Below, piece after piece: positions 16,179 to 24,500 of a stretch of 64,000 nt of DNA. The translations under genes and the position numbers were made by a program. The number at the start of each line of letters is the position of its first letter. Position 1 is the first letter of the stretch. The notes beneath the pieces were generated by a model. It did no database searches, had not been told where the DNA came from, and saw only the letters and a list, made by a program, of their open reading frames with translations. The stretch is from a virus, in IMG/VR virus record IMGVR_UViG_3300012929_000001; one strand, written 5' to 3'.

Positions 16179-16732
16179 GATTGTTTCTCCTTGGTAGATT
16201 TTGTTGGCGCTTTTGCCACTTCTTCCGTCTTTGTTTCCATTGCGAACGCGGCAATAGGTTCGATAACCCTAGCCGCCGCCCACACTGCCACAAGTCCATG
16301 CGTCGCGAGCAGTGTTCGCATCGCGTCGGTCGGCTTCGCCGGCATTTCCGGCAACTCGAAGTGCGGCGCGTCGGGGTTGTGCTTAAACCGCGCACCTGCC
16401 CGCAGCCCGCAGCTCTCGCCGACGGCCACAATGCGCTTCCAAGCATCGTGGGTCTCGTTCCAATCTGGTTGTCCATGCGGAAGGGTCAGCGGTGCGCAGT
16501 CGCCCGCACCCCCGTACTCGTGCACGGACTCGCCGGGCGGTGCATTGGTAACCCGTCTACCGGGCGCTGTGCGGCCTTGCGCGTAAAGCTGCGCCTGCCG
16601 GGTATAAGAACGAAGCACTTCCGTCCAGCGGATCGGGATACCTTCTTGGGCCAGCGCATCGGTCATTCGCACTGCTCGCCGTCGGAACTCGGGCGCGGCT
16701 TCACTAAGGCGTTGCAGGGAAATTGGGTCCAT
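16175..16732 (-). CDS. Endolysin, peptidase M15 (VanY / L-Ala-D-Glu peptidase-like) family
   Basis: Zn-ligand motifs SVHEYGGAGD (SxHxxGxAxD) and DAPHFEL (DxxHxE). Confidence 0.8.
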   Translation of the reverse strand: MDPISLQRLSEAAPEFRRRAVRMTDALAQEGIPIRWTEVLRSYTRQAQLYAQGRTAPGRRVTNAPPGESVHEYGGAGDCAPLTLPHGQPDWNETHDAWKRIVAVGESCGLRAGARFKHNPDAPHFELPEMPAKPTDAMRTLLATHGLVAVWAAARVIEPIAAFAMETKTEEVAKAPTKSTKEKQS

Positions 16733-17217
16733 TATGGCTTCGCCTCCTTATCCTTGTCCGTGACGGCAGGTGTTACAACTACCGCCGCGACCACTGGCTC
16801 CGCGACAACGATGGCAGCGGCGTATTGCGGAATTTGTCCGCGAATGATCGTGTTCAACCATGCCAGCGAGGGCTTCGTGGCAATCACGGATTGCAGCGAG
16901 TCCAGCGGCTGGTCGATGAGGAACCCGAAGCCCCACGACGTGGCGAATGTCACCGGCACGTCGAAGTCGAATTTCAACGGGTTGTTGAAATACGCCAGGA
17001 TGCTGTTGATGGCCGTGGAGTGTCCCAGCCAGAACGCGAAAAGGCCCGTGGCTATGGCCGCCCGGATCAGGATGGTATCCCAATACTGTTTTAGAAATGC
17101 CCGTCGGTTGGTGATGGGGTTGACCGGATTGCGAATGGCGAACCCCGCCCGCAGCAGCACGTGGAAAGCTGCTCCGATGTAGAAGAAAACGTATAGTCCT
17201 ATCTGTGATTTAATCAT
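16732..17217 (-). CDS. Multi-pass membrane protein, holin candidate
   Basis: At least three hydrophobic helices. Immediately upstream of the endolysin with a 1-nt TAATG overlap. Confidence 0.55.
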   Translation of the reverse strand: MIKSQIGLYVFFYIGAAFHVLLRAGFAIRNPVNPITNRRAFLKQYWDTILIRAAIATGLFAFWLGHSTAINSILAYFNNPLKFDFDVPVTFATSWGFGFLIDQPLDSLQSVIATKPSLAWLNTIIRGQIPQYAAAIVVAEPVVAAVVVTPAVTDKDKEAKP

Positions 17218-17229
17218 CGCTACTCTCCT

Positions 17230-17469
17230 TTAGTCCACAGGCTCCTTTAGAATTTCCGCCAGCTTAAACCGCATCTCGTCATCCTTCGCCACGCAAAGGA
17301 TCGCCATAGTGATATTGTGGTGGCGGCAGGCCGACTGCTTCGCCTCCCGCCCGAACTTTCCGCCCAGACCGTCCACGTCCTTCCGGGACTGCTTAATCCA
17401 AAAGTAAGTACCCCCTGCCCCGAAAATCAGGGCTGTGATCGCCGGAAGCAGAGACGACTCAAAATTCAT
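17230..17469 (-). CDS. Small single-pass membrane protein (second holin or antiholin candidate)
   Basis: N-terminal TM LLPAITALIFGAGGTYFWI followed by a charged tail. Its position is in the lysis cassette. Confidence 0.5.
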   Translation of the reverse strand: MNFESSLLPAITALIFGAGGTYFWIKQSRKDVDGLGGKFGREAKQSACRHHNITMAILCVAKDDEMRFKLAEILKEPVD

Positions 17470-17788
17470 CTGAGAACGATATGGATTGCAATATGTTTTC
17501 CAAATCCACCCTTCGCTTCGTAAGTTCTAATCGCAGAGCCACGGCGTTTTCCTCCAGGCGTGCCTTTACGTCCAATTCCAACAGATAGCTTTTGAATTCC
17601 TTGGCAAAATCAGCATAGTCGGGCAACCGACCATGATTTTTCTGCATTCGCTTCACTACTTCCACCGCCACCGCCGCTAGGCGTTCTTCCGGTGTTCTTC
17701 CAGTCTGTATTCTAATATTCATAGCGGTCAACCCCCCCAGCAGGAGTTTTAAAATCCACTTCCAAGTAGCATTGGCCCAGAAATACAT
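17459..17788 (-). CDS. Hypothetical protein
   Basis: First ATG after the fibre gene stop (17794). An alternative ATG is at 17722. Helical, charged C-terminal part. Confidence 0.4.
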   Translation of the reverse strand: MYFWANATWKWILKLLLGGLTAMNIRIQTGRTPEERLAAVAVEVVKRMQKNHGRLPDYADFAKEFKSYLLELDVKARLEENAVALRLELTKRRVDLENILQSISFSDEF

Positions 17789-17793
17789 AAAAT

Positions 17794-20700
17794 TTAGTTG
17801 ACTGTAAGAGCGTAGGGCTGGGTGTCCGTCTGGTGCGCTGCGTCTTCGACGCCTGCCGAGAACGTCGAAGTACCCGGCACCGTCGGTACACCGGAGATCG
17901 CGCCTGTCCCGGCGTTTAAGGTTAGCCCCGTCGGCAGCGAACCCGTCACCACGGTCCAACGCTTGTACGGGGAAGCTCCTGCCGTGGCGTGGAGCGTAAT
18001 CGTGTAAAAGGCCCCGTTCGTTGCGGCGGGAAGGACGCAGTTCGCACCGTTCGTGCAAGTGACGTTCCCGAAGAACCCGTCAATAATTAGTGTAGGGTAT
18101 ACGAAGGGGTAAGCCACTCCGGCAGTGTCAGAGAGCACCGTGGACACGTTCGCGCCCAAGTCCAGGCCGTCGCCGAACCCAATCCCCTTGTAGGGGCTGT
18201 TGGACGGTAGCTGCATATCGTTCGTGGGCCCGCCGTTGGGGTCGTAATTGTTAAAGACGCTGTTGTAGCCCGCCGCGCGGTCGCAGGCGTCGAGCGAGCC
18301 CGTGCCGACCGGAGCGCTCCAGGCCCACGTGGCGGGCGTGCCCGGCGTGCCCGTGCAGTGCCCGTTAACCGGGTCCTGGGCGGCGGTCGTGCAGCTACAG
18401 GCCTCGACCGTGTTCGAGCCCAAAAGATTGACGTTAGGAAGTTGGGTCGTCTGCCCCGACCAAATGCCCTGTAGCGTAACGTTACGATGCACCGAGTAGT
18501 TGCAGCCCGTTACGGCGTCGTGCCCCGCGCAGCCGTAGAAGCCCAGGCCGAACGCCAGCGTGTTCACGGCGAAGTTCCCCGAGCCGTTGGTGACGTGTAG
18601 GGCGGCGGCGGCGAGATTATTGTTAAGGGTTAATCCTGACGTGAACATTGGCACCACGCCGTTGGCGCACAACGTCCCACTCGTGGGATTCCTACATACA
18701 TTGTCGAAGATGCCAGCGAGCCCAGACTGGTGGCTGGACGTAAATCCTATAATCTGCACCGAATTGTGCGATACGTTAAGGTCCGAGGGCGCGGTGGAGG
18801 GCACCGCCGTGCCGCTCAAGGTTTGGAACCAATAGCCGTTGTTGCAGCAGGAGTTGTTGTTATCGAAAACGGAGGAATTAATGTCGTAGCCCAGCATGTC
18901 GTGGACGTAGATTTCGTGTACGCCCAAAGCCTCCGATCCGCCGTCGTCGCCAGCGCTGGAAATTTGCATGCCATTCGCTGTATGAGCGATGATGCCGTAC
19001 CTTACCACCACGTCCCGCACGACGGCGAAGGGGCTTAAGGCTCGCTTATAAGCCAGCGGCACCACACCCACGACACTGGTGGAGTTTTCCACCACTTGCA
19101 CTTGATCCGAATTGATCACCTGCTGTATATGGTAGTAGGTGCCGCCCAGCCCGCCGACAATGACGGCGCAGCGCGTCTGGTCTCCCGCCGAAGCGCAGTG
19201 CTTTACGTAAGACCCGGGACACTGCGGGTTGCTGATGGCGGCGGCGGTGGCGGCGTGGGTTTCGGAGACGGTCGTAGCGCTAATGGTGAAGGAAGTGGAA
19301 GTAGAGGCTGTGATCACGCCGCGCTTCGGGCTGCTGGAGCCGTTGGCGTCGTTCACGAAGCCCTTAATTTCCACGGCCCAACCGACTAGCGCGTTCGCCG
19401 CGCCCCCGGTAATGGTGCCCTGGTAGACGCCCGTCGTGTTGACCGAGGTAAGCGTAAACGGGCCCGGCTGCGCAGCCGTTCCGGCAGTGCAAGGGAAGGC
19501 GACGATCTCGCCGCAGCTGGAGACCGCAGTACCTGTTCCGGTCCAGTCCGGGATGGCGTTGGGGTCGAAGCCGCAGGTGAACATGTTACCGCCGCTGGAC
19601 GAGCATGCCACGCCCGTTTTCAGGCAGTTAATGTAGAACAGACCGCTTGAAGTCGAACCCGTTAATACGGAGCCAGAAAGAGCGCCGCTGAGCGAAAGTT
19701 TCTGACTTTGGTTCTTCGGAGTAATCAGCAGCCCCGCGCCGGGTTGGTCCGACTGGAACCCCTGCCAGGAATAGTAGTTAACATTCGCCTCCCATACGCC
19801 CCGCACCGTGGACTTCGTTTCGCCCAGGTTCTTCGGGTCCCAGTGCGGCTCGGACTGCGTGGCCTTCCCTGCTGCGACGCCGCTTTCCGTAACCGTCGTA
19901 GCAGCGAAAGAAATTGTGGAGGCCGTCGACGCCGTCACCAGGGACACGGCGAGGTTGTTTGCGGCGTTCGTAAACCCAGAAGTCTTAAACGTTTTCCCCA
20001 CCAGCGCGTTGTTGGTGCCGCCGATAATCGTTCCCGTGAACACGCCCGTCGTGTTTACCGCCGTAAGCGTGATCGCGGGCGACTGGGACGCAAGGAACCA
20101 GGCCAGCGGGTGCATGCAAAAGTTCCGCCTTACTTCTGTGTCCGAAACCACGCCGTCCGGGTTATCCGCCGTCGGGAAGTACGCCTCCTGCCCCCCGCCC
20201 CAGAACCAGCACTCCCCCGCCGAAGCCCCGAAGTTATTAACAATCTTATGGGCATACTGCGGGAACGGGCCCACGCCGCCCGCCACCATCTGCGAGTCGA
20301 TGCAGGTGGTGCCAGAGGGCGCGTTGGCGCACATGACGGGGCCAACCCAGGAATTAATGAGCGATAAGTGGGTACCGTTAAAATTTACTCCCCCCTGGCA
20401 CTCGACGCGAAACAATGGGTCATCCTGACAGTGTATGAACACCCGGTCGGCGATCATGTGGTCCGCCCCGGCCAACTCCAAGAGCTTGTGCGACGTGCGT
20501 GTGCCCGCGACCGTAGTAAGGTCTAGCCCTTGCAGCCGCCAGCCTTGGTTGCAGGGGAACGTGGTAACGTCGCAGGTGGGGATTACAGCGTTGCCGTCGT
20601 AGGCCGCGAGCGCGGGCGTGGTAGCGCTGGTGCTTTGTATCTTGAACAGACGGTTCTTGGGTCCTCCCCGCGCCGTGCAGTCGGCGGAGTAGTCCGGGTA

Positions 20701-21534
20701 TCCGGTAAGGAACGTTGCCAGGCCCGCGTCGCACGGCGTGACCCGCAGCCCCTCGCCTGGGAACCCCACGTCGGGCACGCCCGTGGCTGGGTCTACCGAT
20801 TCCACCAGAATGGTCTGCGACTTCGCGCAGTGCTTCGCGGGCAGTATGCACCCGCTAGTGGTGGAGCAATTAGTCTTGGCGCAGCCTTGGGCCACTTTAA
20901 TAATGTCGCCACAGGACGCAGTGCTCATGGCCGTGTCCCAGTCAGCGTTGGCCGTACCACACGTGGCTACCCCGCCCGAGTACCCAACCGTGTGCACCAC
21001 GCCGGGCGAGGGCGTGGAGCTGATCGCCGTGTAGTTGCAAATTTTAAACAGGTCCACGGGCCCGTCCGTCGTCACGCCACCTGGGAAAGCCGCCAACTCC
21101 AGCACCGAGCAGTAGCGCGAGTCGTCGCCGCTTAGGATGGCGGCGCTGACGGTGACGTTCGCCGAGGCGCAGGCCGTGCCGAAGGCGTTCTGCGCGCAAA
21201 AAGTGTAGGTGGTGACCGTCGGGCCGGGCGCGGAGAACGGGGGTGTGAAGGCGCTGGTCGGGCTGGCGGGGCACGGGGTCGTGAGCGTCAGGATGCCATT
21301 ATTAATGCTACAGGACGCGGCCCCCGTGACCGTGTAGGCGAGGGTTACCGTCGCCCCCTGCACGGGGAACGCGTTCGACGGGTTGAAGAACGTGACGATG
21401 GGCGCAGAGCCCCCGGTGGAGCCCGTCGCCACGGTGGCTGCCCCGCCGATCGCGTTGCCGCTGCCGCCGGAGCTTTGTGCGAGCGCTGCTGCCGACGCGC
21501 AGAGAAGCGCGAGAACTAGAGTCAATCTTCTCAT
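17794..21534 (-). CDS. Tail fibre/spike protein with a beta-helix-like core, an internal duplicated domain and a C-terminal He_PIG-type Ig domain
   Basis: N-terminal signal-peptide-like MRRLTLVLALLCASAAALAQ. Long Gly/Asn/Thr-rich repeats typical of right-handed beta-helices. C-terminal GSLPTGLTLNAGTGAISGVPTVPGTSTF matches the putative Ig (He_PIG) motif. Confidence 0.7.
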   Translation of the reverse strand: MRRLTLVLALLCASAAALAQSSGGSGNAIGGAATVATGSTGGSAPIVTFFNPSNAFPVQGATVTLAYTVTGAASCSINNGILTLTTPCPASPTSAFTPPFSAPGPTVTTYTFCAQNAFGTACASANVTVSAAILSGDDSRYCSVLELAAFPGGVTTDGPVDLFKICNYTAISSTPSPGVVHTVGYSGGVATCGTANADWDTAMSTASCGDIIKVAQGCAKTNCSTTSGCILPAKHCAKSQTILVESVDPATGVPDVGFPGEGLRVTPCDAGLATFLTGYPDYSADCTARGGPKNRLFKIQSTSATTPALAAYDGNAVIPTCDVTTFPCNQGWRLQGLDLTTVAGTRTSHKLLELAGADHMIADRVFIHCQDDPLFRVECQGGVNFNGTHLSLINSWVGPVMCANAPSGTTCIDSQMVAGGVGPFPQYAHKIVNNFGASAGECWFWGGGQEAYFPTADNPDGVVSDTEVRRNFCMHPLAWFLASQSPAITLTAVNTTGVFTGTIIGGTNNALVGKTFKTSGFTNAANNLAVSLVTASTASTISFAATTVTESGVAAGKATQSEPHWDPKNLGETKSTVRGVWEANVNYYSWQGFQSDQPGAGLLITPKNQSQKLSLSGALSGSVLTGSTSSGLFYINCLKTGVACSSSGGNMFTCGFDPNAIPDWTGTGTAVSSCGEIVAFPCTAGTAAQPGPFTLTSVNTTGVYQGTITGGAANALVGWAVEIKGFVNDANGSSSPKRGVITASTSTSFTISATTVSETHAATAAAISNPQCPGSYVKHCASAGDQTRCAVIVGGLGGTYYHIQQVINSDQVQVVENSTSVVGVVPLAYKRALSPFAVVRDVVVRYGIIAHTANGMQISSAGDDGGSEALGVHEIYVHDMLGYDINSSVFDNNNSCCNNGYWFQTLSGTAVPSTAPSDLNVSHNSVQIIGFTSSHQSGLAGIFDNVCRNPTSGTLCANGVVPMFTSGLTLNNNLAAAALHVTNGSGNFAVNTLAFGLGFYGCAGHDAVTGCNYSVHRNVTLQGIWSGQTTQLPNVNLLGSNTVEACSCTTAAQDPVNGHCTGTPGTPATWAWSAPVGTGSLDACDRAAGYNSVFNNYDPNGGPTNDMQLPSNSPYKGIGFGDGLDLGANVSTVLSDTAGVAYPFVYPTLIIDGFFGNVTCTNGANCVLPAATNGAFYTITLHATAGASPYKRWTVVTGSLPTGLTLNAGTGAISGVPTVPGTSTFSAGVEDAAHQTDTQPYALTVN

Positions 21535-21535
21535 T

Positions 21536-24500
21536 TTAGTGTTGGAACCTCGTCACGAGAAACTCCTGCGGCGTGAAGGTCTCGGTCGCCGCCTGGTTGA
21601 TGCTGAATGTCAGCACGATGGTGCCCGATGTGGTTTGTGTGTAGGTCGTGGGGCCGGGAGAGTTGGTGATCAGGGTGGACCCGCGCTGCCCGCCCTCCTG
21701 GTACAGGTACTGCGTGTTGGCGATGACCGGGTCCTCCATGATGTTCACGTCGAACCGCTGCGACGCGGTGCCGTCGGTGTTGGTGGTCAAGTTAAAGTTA
21801 GAAGCGCTGCCGAATTTCAGCTGCCAGTTGGTAGAGGTAGTCCCAGTCTGGTGGCGGGCGGCGGCCAGGATGTGCACGCCGCAGCCGGGGCAGAACAGGT
21901 TGGCTGGCAGGGTCACCGTGTATAGCGTGGTATCGACGCCGCTCACGGCGGTGACCGCGCTGGTCGTCCCGGGCACCTGGTAGCTGATGACGTCGGGCGG
22001 AGGGGCTGAGGTTTGCGGGGCGATCAGCGCGTACTGCTGCTTCACGATGTTCGAGGCCCCGGTGGCGGAGAGCGCCACGGTGTAGTCGAGGAACAGCGGG
22101 GCGGTGAGGTCGATGTTCGAGCTGACCGCCGTGTTGACGTCGGGGTAGACCGTCGCCGCCGCCGAGACCACGTTCGACAGGTCCACGGCTAGCCCGGGCG
22201 AGCCCTTGACGATCAGGTTGCCGGTGGCTCCCGCCGCGTTGGTCACGGCGCTAACCGTGAAGTTCCAGGGCGCGTTCGTCGTGGCCGAGGCCGAGGCCGC
22301 CCCGCTGGCGATGGCGGAAAGGGGTACCACGGTGCCGCTACCGCAGCCGGAGACGGTGCAGAGCTTGGCCGAAATGGTGATGGTCGGCGAGGACGCGGCC
22401 CCGGTGGAGTAGACGCCGCCGCCGTGGATAACGACGGCCTGCCCCGCCAGGTTCAGGTACCCGCCGGGCAGCGAGAGCTCCGTCAACTGCGTATCAGTGG
22501 CGGCGGTCGGGTTAGTGACGGTGACGGTGGTGGAGGAAGTGATCGCCGCGCCCACAGCGCCGCCTACAGCAGAGATAGCGGTGCTGGTCTGGGCGGTCTC
22601 GCGACCTTTGGCATCAAAAGTAATGACGCAGCTGTGGGTGGCGTCGCCGCAGGACCCGGGGGAACCGACCGAAGCCAAAGTGGTAACCAACGTGCCCGTT
22701 GTGCCAACGTCTCCAGTCAGGTCGGCGTTGGTGATCGACGCTGCGCCGGAGAACTTGGAAAGGTTGCCGCTGGCGGGCGACCCCGTGGTAGTAACGGTCC
22801 CGGCGCCACCGCCCGTCCCAGTCTGCGGGTTCTGCAATTGCCACTCCGTCCCATCATAGACCAATATGGCGATCGCCGTCGTGGTGATGTCGCCAGCCGC
22901 CAGCGCGGCGGTGCCCAGCTTCGTGATTGTCTTCGCGCCCAGCGCGTTGACGTTTAGGGTTGGCGTCGTCGTGGTGTTGGCCAGGTTCGGCAGAATGCGC
23001 ACTTGCAGACCAGTGGTCAGCGAGGCGGGCACAGGCGCGAGCGTGGCGGTAAGTACGTTAACCGCTCCTGCGGCAGCCACATATTGCACGGCAGCAACGT
23101 CTACCGCCGTGGCCACGATGGGTAAATTCGACCCGTTGGTACCAATAAGGTGCGCCGTGGCGGGGAAGCTGCCGACATAGCTAACTGTCCCGCCCGTAAC
23201 GGCGTTGATCGTCGAGCCGTCCGTACCGGAGAGTGTAAGTGTGTTGGTGAGACTAAGCGTCTTACCCGCCGTTGGCGAGAACCCGGTCACGCTAGTGGCT
23301 GAAATGGTCCCAGTCCCGGTAGCTATCAGCGAGCCGCCCGAAGTGATGGATAGCGCATTAGCATTGCCGCCCGTAATGATCTTAGAAAACGAGGTACGGC
23401 AATAGTCGGGTGTGACGCCGTTGGCCGAGCAGAATAAGTCACCCGTGCCGGAGTCGAACGTGGTGAGGTTCTGCCCCGCCACGCCCGCGTGCGTTGCCGC
23501 GCCGAAGGGAGACTGCACGAACCAGCTGCCTGCCCCGGTGGAGATAAATCCGGCAGCGGTTACGGTACCACCGACGACAATGTTTCCTGTGGACTGGTCG
23601 AACGTGAACCCCGAGCTCGCCGCCAGAGCACCACCGAACTTGTACATCACCTGCCCGTTGATGCCGGGGATCGTCGTCGGCGTGCTGGGAATGCACACGC
23701 CGCCGATGCTGTAGCACCCGCTGGCGATGTCGACGTTCGCGGGGAAGTGGACGTTAAAACTCCCATCCACCGTGCTGCCCGTGACCGGGCTCGTCACGCC
23801 GCTGCCGTTGTTGTAAAGGAATTCCGTTGACACGCCCGGAGCCACTATGGCGGCGGCGACAAAGGCTGTTGTGGCGAACTGCGTCGAGCTGGTACCTGGC
23901 GTTGCCGTGGGTCCGCTAGGCACTCCAGTAAAATTCGGCGATGCAAGCGGTGCGCGGGTAGTGTCGATCGGATGTACGTGGTCCTGCCGGGCGTAGAGCA
24001 ACGACGTACCGACGGCAGCGGTGCCGTTGATGAGCGGTGTTGCCGTGCCGACCTGACCCAAGACGAACGCAGTTGTGGCTACTTGCGTCGTGTTAGTGGA
24101 AACGCCGGCCGTGGGCGCTACAGGCGTTCCGGTAAGCGAGGGGCTGGCAGCCAGTGCGACAATCGCGCCCGTTCCCGTCGTCGTGGCGGTCACGATCTGC
24201 CCACTACCATTTGTGCCTAGGACTGTACCGCTGATCGGCATGGTGACGCCGTTTACGCGGGCGACGTTCGGGTTCGGGTAGGTTCCCGTAAGATCACCAC
24301 CTGCCGTGCCGCCCGGGCTCACCCCGGCGGCGATGGCGGCGGTTACGAAAGCCGTAGTTGATAGCTGCGTGGTGTTCGTGCCCGGCGCAGCTGTCGGCGC
24401 AGTCGGTGTACCTAGCAAAGCTGGACTAGTAACGAGCGCCAGCGCACCGGAGCCGCTCGTCGTCGCCGCAACGACAACACCGCCGCCGCCCGTGCTGAGC

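Noticed and set aside
16181-17182. 333-aa plus-strand ORF, the largest antisense ORF in the lysis region
   Set aside because: It is fully antisense to the coupled holin, endolysin and lipoprotein genes, which carry clear motifs. Its translation is Arg/Cys/Gly-rich with no motif, as expected for spurious ORFs in GC-rich DNA.
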